DNA of 64,000 bases from an uncultured delta proteobacterium (GCA_963785235.1 CAWAUM010000013.1:96001-160000); one strand, 5' to 3'. Shown: positions 12,901 through 22,094, numbered from the stretch's first letter. A program made the numbers and translations. The notes: a model not told the origin generated them from the sequence alone.

Positions 12901-14161
12901 GTAATGGCGCTTTATGTTCAAGTTGAATCTGCATTATACGTGCTTCTATTGCAGCCCGGTCGTCTTGATGAATCAGGTCCAGAACTGTTCTGGTCTGCAA
13001 TTGTTTGAGTGTTCTGGCGCCATAGAGTTTCAGTGCAACCGAATTGGCATAGAGAAAATACCCGTCACGATGGACGATGATGCCGTCAGGGGATGATTCA
13101 ACCAGAGACCGGTAACGCACTTCGCTTTCACTCAGGGCAACCTGTGTCTGGATGCGCTGCATGGCTATAGCCACTTGATCGGCAACGGTCTTCATTATGG
13201 AGATCTCATCGCTTGAGAAGTGAGGACGGGTTCTGGTGCCGAAAGAGAGCGTGCCTATTACCCTGCCCTGGGCCAGGAGGGGATGGCAGCAATAGGCCTG
13301 GATCCCATAAGATTTTACCAGATTGGTCCTTGGATCAGCGGTACTGGCGATATCCTCGGCAATGATTCGGCTGCCCTCCTGGGCTGCACAGCCGCAGACA
13401 GCCACTCCGTAATCCAGCCATTCGATCTTCCGGGCTTCCTCCTCGGGGATGCCTGCAAATGCATTCAGGCGGAGACGCCCTGACTCATCATCCGCCAGGA
13501 AATTGAAGAATGCCTGACAGTCCAGGTGTTCCATCACCCGGGGGCACAGTTCATTGACAATAGCCTGCGGATCATCAGATTCCAGGAGCCGTTCTGCCGT
13601 CTCGGAAAGCATCTTGAACCGGGCTTCACTCTTTCTCAGTGATTCCTCGGCCAAGGTCCGTTCGGTAATATCATGCCAGACCGTGACCGAGCCTGTGATG
13701 CTGTCTCCCATACACATGGGACCCGAAGAGGCCTCCACTACCCTGTCGGTATTGTCTGACCTCTTTACCAGGAAGCATGCACCAGTCACCTTTTCTCCCC
13801 GCAGCGCCCGGGGTGTAGGCTGTTCCTCCAAAATGAACGACCGACCGTCCAGCCATCGGCAAGAAACACGCTTTATAATGTCTTTGATATTGAGGCCAAC
13901 AGGATCGAATCCATAATTTTCCAAGAACGACTGATTCGCCCGGAGAACATTCATGTCCGCGCCGTAGATGAGCACAGCATCGTTTTGAGCCGCAAAGACT
14001 GCCTCCAGCTCGGCAGCACGTTTTAAAAGCTCCTGCTCGAAATGGGCACACTCAGCATGCATCCTTTCGAGTTCAGCAATTCTCTGGCGTGCTTGTGCAA
14101 GCTCCTTCAGGAGTTGTACCTTTGATTTCTTTCCTTCAGACATGGCCATGCAAACCACCAC
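9965..14161 (-). CDS. Cytoplasmic multi-PAS/GAF hybrid histidine kinase
   Basis: Repeated DITERK PAS linkers, GAF domain, H-box AGGIAHDFNN, NLCNNA, DTGTG, FDPFFSTK, GTGLGL, C-terminal receiver; no obvious TM segment. Confidence 0.95.
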   Translation of the reverse strand: MVVCMAMSEGKKSKVQLLKELAQARQRIAELERMHAECAHFEQELLKRAAELEAVFAAQNDAVLIYGADMNVLRANQSFLENYGFDPVGLNIKDIIKRVSCRWLDGRSFILEEQPTPRALRGEKVTGACFLVKRSDNTDRVVEASSGPMCMGDSITGSVTVWHDITERTLAEESLRKSEARFKMLSETAERLLESDDPQAIVNELCPRVMEHLDCQAFFNFLADDESGRLRLNAFAGIPEEEARKIEWLDYGVAVCGCAAQEGSRIIAEDIASTADPRTNLVKSYGIQAYCCHPLLAQGRVIGTLSFGTRTRPHFSSDEISIMKTVADQVAIAMQRIQTQVALSESEVRYRSLVESSPDGIIVHRDGYFLYANSVALKLYGARTLKQLQTRTVLDLIHQDDRAAIEARIMQIQLEHKAPLRETKMVSLDGRITDVETVGGTIDFQGEPAIQIIIRDITERKHSEKELKQTHELLEAITRGTEVIIAAVDTNFRYTYFNTTYQEELKRLTGKDIHIGMSMIELFAHMPGQRKLAVEAWGRILGGESVIKTIEFGDPGRYRRVYSVIQTPLRDANGTVVGAGEVAYDVTKQRQIDKEYKISLAKYKVLFNSFPLGITITDKVGNIIESSKEAERLLGISREELENRGIAGQEWRVIRPDGSDMPEDEYASVIALKNNCLVENVEMGIVKGNGDITWINVTAAPIPLEEYGVAITYGDISKRIIAEEALRKSEQRFHHLFSSMSEGFALHEIICDEKGIPCDYRFIDANPAFERLTGLKREDVVGKTMLQVLPDDDPKWVKAYGSVALTGEPVHFENYSPVLNRHYEAFAYRPAPEQFAVIFMDITQRKLAEDELCRHKDKLEDLVKERTTEVQARNRQLVAEITQRKKAENALRLAGAYNRSLIEASLDPLVTIDVNGRITDVNMATEKVTGRSRRELINTDFSDYFTEPDKARAGYEQVFSEGKIQDYPLDMLHHDGLITPVLYNASLYHDQEGRALGVFAAARDITERKLAEEEKKRLENQLIQAQKIEALGKLAGGIAHDFNNVLQPILINSELISDILPHGTQEREYLDQIIDAAHLGKNLIRQIKLFGSRKGSFCKPITIGPVVQDALNLMKRSIPSRITFKQWINAREGLVRVDQTQIHQLILNLCNNAVQAMKSGKGFLGVSLKETEIASYTAALVSDLKPGKYLKLTVRDTGTGISPDIRDRIFDPFFSTKKSSKGTGLGLAVVHELVKNANGSILLSSDTGKGAKFEVYFPQYTDPQDQAHRQLRQSQGHGEKHILLADDNVGDLRSIHQLLIHLGYQVTSTSDPQEALKIFRDEPKMFSLVITDQVMPRMKGHELAGHIRQIRQDIPVILCSGSEEIMQELQEKNTGINEFILKPFSRSQMQEAIGRLLA

Positions 14162-14433
14162 CCATTGTAGTTATTCTTCATGATGTTCAATGGGGATTCC
14201 CCATTACTCAGTCCCTTAAAAGCAATTAACACTGCATCAAGCAAAACAGGACAATCAACATGAAACCTGGTAAAGAGATATTATAGTACGGTTTCAAGGG
14301 AATGGAATATGTGCAAAAGGATTTTATCTTGATTGTTACCCCATGACCTGGATTGCATGGTTATTGAATCCCCAGCCCATACCCTCATCACCCTGGAAAC
14401 AGTCGAATCATATGATAATGATCACCACAACTT

Positions 14434-15219
14434 TCAGTTCTGAATCTCTCCCTTATGCATATAACCAATCCGACAGGTTCTTTGCGCCTGGGAGGAATCA
14501 AGGGTGTTCGACTTAAAAAAACTACCTGCCTGATCAACAAAAACCTGTTTCAGCTTTTCCATAGATCTTGTCTGGATCTGCCTCACGCGTTCCCTGCTCA
14601 CACCGAGTTGCATTCCAATCTCTTTGAGCTTTACAGGAGGATCTGAAAAATATCGCTGTTTGAGGACAGAGACCTCTCTTTGTGACAGGAAGGAAAAACA
14701 GTGCTGGAGCAGGGTTGAAATGTTATATGATGCCTCCCTGCCATTATAGAGTATCTCAGGGTCCGTACCATCGGTTACAAAATCTATCCACCGATCCTTG
14801 TCATTATCATCCTTACCAAGATGTTCATCCAGTGAGAACAGATTCTTGGCATGACTCAGGCTTCCGGTATTCACCTTTCCGCTCTTGTTCAAGAAGGCCT
14901 TGATGAAGGCCTCTATCCACCAGACCGCATAGTAGATAAATGGTATTCCGCGTTCAGGATCGAAACGGTTCAGTGCTTTTATCAGCCCAAGATTTCCTTC
15001 CTGAATAATCTCGAGACAATTATGACCGCAATAAAAATATTTCCTGCTCACCTTCACCACAAACTTCAAGTTAGATTGGAGTATCTGCTGCCCGGCAGTT
15101 TCATCTCCCTTCTGATACCGCTTTGCCAGTTCAAATTCCTTCTCGTGGGTAAGGGTCGAGTAGTGCTGTATCTGCCGGTAGTACTGCAGAAAATCTCCAT
15201 AATCAAACAATTTTTCCAT
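14434..15219 (-). CDS. Divergent sigma70-family factor (RpoH/sigma32-like, shortened region 3)
   Basis: SNLKFVVKVSRKY, IQEGNLGLIKALNRFDPERG, YAVWWI, LGVSRERVRQIQ. Confidence 0.85.
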   Translation of the reverse strand: MEKLFDYGDFLQYYRQIQHYSTLTHEKEFELAKRYQKGDETAGQQILQSNLKFVVKVSRKYFYCGHNCLEIIQEGNLGLIKALNRFDPERGIPFIYYAVWWIEAFIKAFLNKSGKVNTGSLSHAKNLFSLDEHLGKDDNDKDRWIDFVTDGTDPEILYNGREASYNISTLLQHCFSFLSQREVSVLKQRYFSDPPVKLKEIGMQLGVSRERVRQIQTRSMEKLKQVFVDQAGSFFKSNTLDSSQAQRTCRIGYMHKGEIQN

Positions 15220-15252
15220 GAAGATCCCCTTCTCTTTTGTGTTGTAACATCA

Positions 15253-15519
15253 TCAAATTATAAACAATTCAGCATATTTTTTTCTGATGTCCAGGGTATT
15301 TCTGAATCTGATCTGTCCCGACTCAAACATGTGGGCCACCCTTTCTATTGCAGAAGAGGTATGACCATGATTATTCGGCCTTTGACCATCAACGCCCTTC
15401 TCAGCCCTTGATTGATTGCCCTGTTCTGAATCAATGACTGTCATGAGATCGTACAGGGTAGTGGTTATGGTTGAGGTCGGTAAAGAGTTATGTGATCCTG
15501 TTTCATTGAGCGTATTCAT
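15253..15519 (-). CDS. Small hypothetical protein (TTLYDLM ... V.HMFESGQIRF)
   Basis: GGGAGG SD before the ATG at 15519; first gene downstream of a sigma54 promoter. Confidence 0.65.
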   Translation of the reverse strand: MNTLNETGSHNSLPTSTITTTLYDLMTVIDSEQGNQSRAEKGVDGQRPNNHGHTSSAIERVAHMFESGQIRFRNTLDIRKKYAELFII

Positions 15520-15606
15520 TGGCAACCTCCCGTTGAATAAGATGAAAACCTGACATCGTTTTCAATGACTCCACATGAACATTCTTATCTCACAGACATA
15601 GACGTA

Positions 15607-15622
15607 TACAATTGGTGTGCCA
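15607..15622 (-). promoter_or_regulatory. sigma54 -24/-12 promoter
   Basis: TGGCACACCAATTGTA (GG-N10-GT), with an AT-rich tract upstream. Confidence 0.7.
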
Positions 15623-15710
15623 CTGGTTGGTATTTTTTATTTATTATTTGGTGTCAATATGTTACAAGCACTCATATCCTGATTGATTTTCTTTGTACTG
15701 TCACTATCTG

Positions 15711-15767
15711 TCTTGCTCAACAGGACTAATCCATCTTCACAGGAATAGGCATTCCAGATGACCCGGA
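15711..15767. promoter_or_regulatory. Three TCY-N9-GGA enhancer palindromes
   Basis: TCT-tgctcaaca-GGA (15711), TCC-atcttcaca-GGA (15730), TCC-agatgaccc-GGA (15753). Confidence 0.6.
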
Positions 15768-15820
15768 TCAATCAGGATAAGATGTCGAATAATAATTCCC
15801 CAGACAACCCTTATGCATTA

Positions 15821-16615
15821 TCACACAAAAGGCTCGCTCTTATTCCATCCAAGGCGACTGAAGTATTTCAGGGTTCCCACATGGCCGGTCATATCTCCTG
15901 AATCGCTCGATGAGAGGAATGTAACCAGATCTGCCACCTCTCTGGGATCCTTCAGAATGCCCTGCTCCTTATACTCGATCATCTGGTTGAACAAGCCCTC
16001 GCCAAGCACATCAGGTCCCATGGCACGGATATCGTTTCCTATGGATGTATCCATCAAGCCCGGATCGACTGCATTGACCTGAATATTCAAAAGTTTCAGC
16101 TCCTCGGACAGTGACCTGGTGAGCTGGATGAGCCCGGCTTTGGACACTGAATAGGCACAGAATCGGGGGAATGGCATCTGGCCGAGGCCAGATACGATGT
16201 TGATGATCTTGCCGCCGCCATGGCTGACCATGTAGGGAAGCACTGTGCGGCAGAAAAGGTAGCACCCGGTAAGATTGATATCCAGAGTCCGTTTCCAGAC
16301 AGTGGGTAGCGCATCCTCAAGGAACCGTGCAGGACCCATAATCCCTGCGTTGTTCACGAGGATATCGATCCTGCCGAAACGACTTATGGTCTCGGCCACA
16401 ACAGACTCCACGTCCTGCTTGTCCGTTGTATCACCTGTATGGAGGAGATAATCACCCCCGAGCTTATCTAGTTCTGCAGAGACATCATCAAGCTCTTCCT
16501 TGAGAAGGCTGAACAAGGCCACATTCGCCCCGGAGAGTTCGAATGCGAGTGATATAGCCTTGCCGAGGCCCCTGCCGGCACCGGTGATGATGGCTACTCT
16601 TCCTGTGAGGTTCAT
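15821..16615 (-). CDS. SDR family oxidoreductase
   Basis: TGAGRGLG, NNAG, YSVSK catalytic motif. Confidence 0.93.
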   Translation of the reverse strand: MNLTGRVAIITGAGRGLGKAISLAFELSGANVALFSLLKEELDDVSAELDKLGGDYLLHTGDTTDKQDVESVVAETISRFGRIDILVNNAGIMGPARFLEDALPTVWKRTLDINLTGCYLFCRTVLPYMVSHGGGKIINIVSGLGQMPFPRFCAYSVSKAGLIQLTRSLSEELKLLNIQVNAVDPGLMDTSIGNDIRAMGPDVLGEGLFNQMIEYKEQGILKDPREVADLVTFLSSSDSGDMTGHVGTLKYFSRLGWNKSEPFV

Positions 16616-16727
16616 GAGGTTTCTCCTCTTTTTCCGGTTATCAATAAAATACCTGGCATTAAGAGTTGCCTGTTGAAAATCTCATATATTTTTCATCACA
16701 TGAGCTACCATGTGTGCTGGGTAATCC

Positions 16728-17594
16728 CTATGTCCTTCTTGTTTCCAGCAGGGATGCAATTTTTTCACGGTTCACTCCATATTGGTAGAGTGGCCTGGGA
16801 TTGATTCTGTAACTATCCTGACACTCATGGAATGTTGGCTTTTCAGAAGCTGTATATAATACGCCCAGGGCAAACTTATCTGTCCGGACTGCAGTGGAAA
16901 AAGCGGTATATCTGTCAGTTGGATTGTACAACTCATCGATATAATAGGTATGCTCTTTGAACCACTGGTATGTATTGACCCTGTTAAAGGACACACATGG
17001 CTGGAAGATATCCAATAAGGCGAACCCTTTGTGAGTGATTGCCTTTTTCAGGATCTCCTTTGTCCTATCCTCATCCCCTGCAAATGCCCTTGCAACAAAT
17101 GAGGCGTCGAGGGCTATGCCTATGGCAAGGGGGTTGAAAGGGTCCTGACACACTCCTGAAACCTGTACAGGTGTAACAAAACCCCGCATGCTTGTTGGAG
17201 ATGCCTGTCCTTTGGTGAGGCCGTAAACCATATTGTTGTGGATGATTGCCGTAATGTCAGGATTTCTCCTGATTGCATGGAGGAAGTGATTGCCCCCTTC
17301 TCCATACATGCAGCCATCGCCGCTTTCAGCGATTACCGTAAGCTCAGGGTTTGATACCTTCACAGCAGCGGCAACGGGGAGCGATCTACCATGAAGGCCA
17401 TTGAAGAAGTTTGTCTTCAGATACTGGGGGGTCTTGGCTGCCTGGCCGATTCCGGATACGAAGACAAGGGAGCCGGGCCGTATCTCGAGTTCCGCAAGGG
17501 CGGCCTTGAGGGCCGCAAGAATACGGTAGTTGCCGCACCCTGGGCACCAGGCGATATCGCGCGGGCCATCGAGGTCAAAATCGGTTGTACCCAT
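16728..17594 (-). CDS. 2-oxoacid:ferredoxin oxidoreductase beta subunit
   Basis: WCPGCG, LHGR, TPP motif [29 protein letters not shown]. Confidence 0.93.
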   Translation of the reverse strand: MGTTDFDLDGPRDIAWCPGCGNYRILAALKAALAELEIRPGSLVFVSGIGQAAKTPQYLKTNFFNGLHGRSLPVAAAVKVSNPELTVIAESGDGCMYGEGGNHFLHAIRRNPDITAIIHNNMVYGLTKGQASPTSMRGFVTPVQVSGVCQDPFNPLAIGIALDASFVARAFAGDEDRTKEILKKAITHKGFALLDIFQPCVSFNRVNTYQWFKEHTYYIDELYNPTDRYTAFSTAVRTDKFALGVLYTASEKPTFHECQDSYRINPRPLYQYGVNREKIASLLETRRT

Positions 17595-17609
17595 TGGCAG
17601 GCCTCCTTT

Positions 17610-19331
17610 CTACAGCAGAGCCTCCAGTTTCTCCACGACTTCTTCGAGCATGAAGGGAAGGCCATCATATTTGAGGATCCTCCCCTCAAACTCAATGCCT
17701 GTCTGCTGCCTTATCAATTTGCCGAACTGGGCAGTAGCGTTGTTTTCTATGATGATCCTTTTTTCGAAGCGCCTGATGATCTCCGCGGCCTTTGGCCAAA
17801 GGGGGTATACCTGGGAGAAATGCAGGAAAGCGAGGTCACCCCCCTTCAGGATATCCAGCGACTCTTTGACCACATTGAATGTTGATCCCCAGCCGACCAC
17901 AAGATGCCTGGAATCTTCACTGCCTATGAGTGTTGGAGGTATGCTTTCGGGCTCCATGGACTTGAATTTCCTGAGCCGTTTATCCACCATGGCCGTCCGC
18001 ATCTGTAAATCTTCGGTTATATAGCCTTCTTCGTCATGCTCATCACTGTCCACGCAAACAAATCCGCTCCCGAAACCGGGTATGCCCCTCGGGGAGACTC
18101 CGTTATCCGTGAGCCGGTATCGCTTATAGCCTGCATCAGTCTCTACTACAAAGCCTTCATGCAACTGGGCCGGGATATCAAGCATCTCCACGGTGTAGGT
18201 AGATTCCAGGTAATGCTGGTCCGTGAGGATAAAGACGGGGATCTGGTACTTATCCGCCATGTAGAAGGCATGTCGTGCCAGGTCGAACCCCTCTTTAACG
18301 GTTCCCGGGGCAAGTATGAGCCTGGGGAATTCTCCATGGCCGGAGTAGAGTGCATGCTCGAGGTCTGCCTGTTCGGTGCGCGTAGGGAGACCGGTGGCCG
18401 GCCCGGGCCGCTGGCCGAGATGAATCACCAGGGGAGACTCTATGCCTCCCGCAAGGCTCAAGCCCTCAACCATCAGGGCATAACCTCCTCCCGAAGTAGT
18501 CACCAGGGCCTTCCCCCCGGCATACCATGATCCTAAAGCCATGTTGACGGCGCTTATCTCATCTTCTGCCTGCTCCACCACAAGCCCGAACTCTTTCGCA
18601 TGCTTTGAAAAGAATATCAGGAGGTTTGTGGATGGGGACATGGGATAGGAAGAGACGAATGTACACCCCCCCAGGAGCCCGCCGATACCGATGGCATCGA
18701 CACCATTCATAAGGAGTTCTTTTGTCACCTGTTCGGATCTTTCAAGAATGGGAAGGACCTGACCCGCTTTCAGCAGGTGTGATCCCTGGTCGTAACCTTT
18801 CCGGACTGCTTCTATGTTTTTCTGTGTGCGATCATCACCTGCCTTGCTGAAGAATCGGCCTATCTGATCCTCGATCAAGTTTTTTTCCAAACAAAAGAGC
18901 CCGGAAAATAAACCGACCAGGATGACATTGATGTAGACCTCTCCTCCAAGTTCTTTGGCTATGCTGACAATGGGGACATCAATGATTGGATGGGTCTTGT
19001 CAGTATACGAGCTGTTCATGGATGTACTATCTCCCAGGATGACCGTCTCGGGGGTTATCCTGTCATGGAAACGCTCCAAGGCCCCTGTATGAAGTGGTAC
19101 GAATATATCGATCCTCCTTCGATAGGAGGCAACCCTTTTTGCAGATATCCGGATCTGTGTGGAATTATTCCCGCCCCTTATCCTGGACATGAATTCGCTG
19201 TATGAAAAGACATAGTACCCCGAGAGCTTGAAAACCCTTGTAATCAGCTGCTCCAGGGTCTGCAGGCCCTGACCTGCTTCGCCTGATAGGACTATGGAGA
19301 AATCTTCTTTTGTCTGGACGGATTTACCCAC
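17610..19331 (-). CDS. 2-oxoacid:ferredoxin oxidoreductase alpha subunit (gamma-alpha fusion)
   Basis: GEAGQG, SRIRGG, YPMSP, QAEDEI, TTSGGG, QRPGPATGLPT. Confidence 0.93.
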   Translation of the reverse strand: MGKSVQTKEDFSIVLSGEAGQGLQTLEQLITRVFKLSGYYVFSYSEFMSRIRGGNNSTQIRISAKRVASYRRRIDIFVPLHTGALERFHDRITPETVILGDSTSMNSSYTDKTHPIIDVPIVSIAKELGGEVYINVILVGLFSGLFCLEKNLIEDQIGRFFSKAGDDRTQKNIEAVRKGYDQGSHLLKAGQVLPILERSEQVTKELLMNGVDAIGIGGLLGGCTFVSSYPMSPSTNLLIFFSKHAKEFGLVVEQAEDEISAVNMALGSWYAGGKALVTTSGGGYALMVEGLSLAGGIESPLVIHLGQRPGPATGLPTRTEQADLEHALYSGHGEFPRLILAPGTVKEGFDLARHAFYMADKYQIPVFILTDQHYLESTYTVEMLDIPAQLHEGFVVETDAGYKRYRLTDNGVSPRGIPGFGSGFVCVDSDEHDEEGYITEDLQMRTAMVDKRLRKFKSMEPESIPPTLIGSEDSRHLVVGWGSTFNVVKESLDILKGGDLAFLHFSQVYPLWPKAAEIIRRFEKRIIIENNATAQFGKLIRQQTGIEFEGRILKYDGLPFMLEEVVEKLEALL

Positions 19332-19633
19332 AGGAACATAGTTAATAATGAGAAATCTGCAGTCAACCCCCTGACGAGAGATATAAGCCAGGATTCACCA
19401 AGTCCCGGAGTATGGGCCTTGGCGCGTGAAACTTTAACTATTAATATTAGATAATTGAGAAATAATCATCTCTCAGGTGCTTGCCCAGGAATTTTCTTTG
19501 ATTATTAAAAGGCAGAGTTAATCATGATGAGGACATCAGGAAAAATTTAAATCTACCTTGATGTCTGAAAATGGAGCTTAGAAACGTTTATCCCGACAGG
19601 TTCACATAACTCGGCAACGGAGGATTCAAACAC

Positions 19634-19822
19634 ATGGTAAAGGCGATGGAGAAAGACATAGTTGGGATCCATGGCAAGAACGGAGAGCATTACTGTCTGG
19701 AGTGTGTACCTGATGATCTCTTCAGGGAGGTAACGCTGGATTCACTCATAACCAGAGGTGAGGTAGAGAAAAATGATGGGGGATACTTCTGTGATTCCTG
19801 TAAAAGGCAGATATCCGCTTAG
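19634..19822 (+). CDS. Small CxxC-X28-CxxC metal-binding protein
   Basis: GGAGG SD; HYCLEC...YFCDSC; 62 aa. Confidence 0.7.
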   Translation: MVKAMEKDIVGIHGKNGEHYCLECVPDDLFREVTLDSLITRGEVEKNDGGYFCDSCKRQISA

Positions 19823-19883
19823 GCTCAAAAATAGCAGTAACAACATCATCAGGTTCTGAACACATTTTTCCAAAGGAGGCACT

Positions 19884-20708
19884 ATGAGTTATTCAAAGGG
19901 CATGATGACTTCCATGAAGAATATGTTGATAACCGGTATTTGTTGCGCACTATCAATAGTAGCGTTTGCATCTGTTTCTTCCGCCGCCATAAAAACTGAA
20001 GCGATCACATACAAACAGGGTGACACCCGACTCATAGGCTACCTGGCGTATGATGATTCATTGAAGGGCCGGCGGCCGGCAGTCCTGCTTGTTCATGAGT
20101 GGTGGGGGCTCAACGATTATATCAAAAGACGGGCAGTGCAGGTGGCGTCCTTAGGTTACATCGCCTTTGCTGCCGATATCTACGGTGATGGTTTTTCCAC
20201 AAAAGATCCTTCCGAGGCTGGCGCGCTTGCAGGAAAATTCAGGGGCGGAGACCGAAAGCTACTGCGCGAGCGCGTTAATGCAGGGCTGCAGGTCTTAATG
20301 GATCATGGCCTTACTGATAAAAGTAAGATTGCTGCAATCGGTTATTGCTTTGGAGGCACGACCGTCCTTGAGCTTGCCAGGAGCGGTGCTGATATTGCGG
20401 GCGTAGTGAGCTTCCATGGGGGGCTTGATACCCCTGACCCTGATGATGCCTTAAATAGAAAGGCCAAGGTGCTCGTACTCCACGGCGCTGATGATCCGAA
20501 CGTCCCGGTTAAGCAGGTGAACACATTTCAAGATGAAATGCGTAAAGCAAAGGTTGACTGGCAGATGGTCAGCTACGGAGGAGCCGTCCACAGCTTCACC
20601 AACCCCGACTCGGGTTCTGATCCTTCCCGAGGCATTGCATATAACGAAAAGGCTGATAAACGTTCATGGGAACATATGAAGGTGTTTTTCGCCGAGATAT
20701 TTAAGTAG
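19884..20708 (+). CDS. Dienelactone hydrolase family protein, secreted
   Basis: Signal peptide; HEWWGLN, GYCFGG, SFHG, HGADD, AVHSFTNP. Confidence 0.93.
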   Translation: MSYSKGMMTSMKNMLITGICCALSIVAFASVSSAAIKTEAITYKQGDTRLIGYLAYDDSLKGRRPAVLLVHEWWGLNDYIKRRAVQVASLGYIAFAADIYGDGFSTKDPSEAGALAGKFRGGDRKLLRERVNAGLQVLMDHGLTDKSKIAAIGYCFGGTTVLELARSGADIAGVVSFHGGLDTPDPDDALNRKAKVLVLHGADDPNVPVKQVNTFQDEMRKAKVDWQMVSYGGAVHSFTNPDSGSDPSRGIAYNEKADKRSWEHMKVFFAEIFK

Positions 20709-21036
20709 GCATTCTTTTCCCTTTGATCCTCCATGGCTAGCTCTCGGTGATGCCGAGGCTACCCTTTCCTTCCCATAGGCCGTGAAGGGGCATTTCCGTC
20801 TCACCGGCAAGGGCATCAACTATCCCATCGGTTCGAGGTCAACCTTCCCGAGCTTTATGTTTGAGGCCACCAAAATCTCATAGAGTATTCATAAATACAT
20901 TCACTTGTGAAATCATGAGTCCAACCAACCAGGTACTAATCTATAAAGAGTACTCCTTGACAGACGGAATCTGTCCCCTTAATAGAGTAATTGATATTAC
21001 TGTAAAGAGAATTCACTTCCCCCGGAGGATGAAGCC

Positions 21037-22094
21037 ATGACCTTGATGCCATATAATTTGATCTTCCTGGTGCCGTTCAGTGTGGTGATGGGTTACAGCC
21101 TGGGCGGAGCATTCAACTTTATGACACCCGTCTTTGTTTTCGGTGTGATCCCTGTGGTGGACATTCTCATCGGCAAATCCAAAGAGAATCCCACCGAGGC
21201 ACAGGAAGTGCTTCTACTGATACGTTCTCCTACCGGGCCATCACCATTATCTGCGTACCGCTTCAGGTGGCAATGGTCATCTGGGGTGCCCATGTCGTAA
21301 CGTCTGTTGCTTTGAGTCCATGGGAAACAGCCGGGTTCATATTCTCAATGGGTGTTTCTTCCGGGGTGATGGGAATCAACGTCTCCCATGAACTCCAGCA
21401 CCGGATAAATCTCAAGCTTGAGCCTTTCCTTGCGCGAATCATGCTCTGGACGGTGTTGTACATGCATTGGGCCATTGAACATGTGGCTGGGCACCACAAG
21501 AATGTGGCGACCCCGGAAGACCCGGCTACGGCCCGTTATGGCGAGATGTTTTATGCCTTCTGGTTCCGCACGGTCTTCGGCGGCATGGCAGACGCATGGA
21601 ATATCGAGGCGGCACGCCTCAAGAGGAAAGGGATCAAGGTCTTCAGTCTCAGAAACCGGGTAATCTCCTATGCCATTTCAGAGCTGGTGCTTGTTGGTGC
21701 ACTCTACGTGGTGTTTGGAATCCAAGCGGTCGGTTATTTCATTATCCAATCAATCATTGCATTTACGTTGCTGGAAATCGTCAACTATGTGGAGCACTAT
21801 GGTCTCCTGAGGAGAAAGGACAGCGAGGGTCGTTATGAGCCGGTCAGCTTCCTGCATGCCTGGAACTCAAGCAACTGGCTCACGAACCGATTTCTCTTCA
21901 ACCTCCAGCGGCACTCGGACCACCACTACAAGCCCGACAGGCGCTATCAGATCCTGCGGCACTACGATGAGAGCCCTCAACTCCCCACTGGATATGCAGG
22001 CATGATCTTGCTGGCTGCCCTCCCCCCGTTATGGCGCAAGGTAATGGATCATCGCGTGAGAGAATACCAGGTGAAGGTAAAGAAAGCTGCCTGA
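21037..22094 (+). CDS. alkB: Alkane 1-monooxygenase AlkB family, frameshifted at ~21212 (probable 1-nt deletion error)
   Basis: His boxes HELQH, EHVAGHH, NYVEHYGL, LQRHSDHH; also ATPEDPATARYGE and SPQLPTGYAGM. Confidence 0.9.

Noticed and set aside
14189-14205. Palindrome AATGGGGATTCCCCATT containing a sigma32-like CCCCAT
   Set aside because: No properly spaced CTTGAA -35 element and only a single occurrence; insufficient support.
20712-20880. GC-richer island between the hydrolase gene and alkB, considered as 6S RNA or a riboswitch
   Set aside because: No long end-to-end hairpin or recognisable aptamer. The minus strand gives short protein-like fragments (KLGKVDLEPMG...) broken by stops, so it may be a gene remnant, but I cannot support a call.
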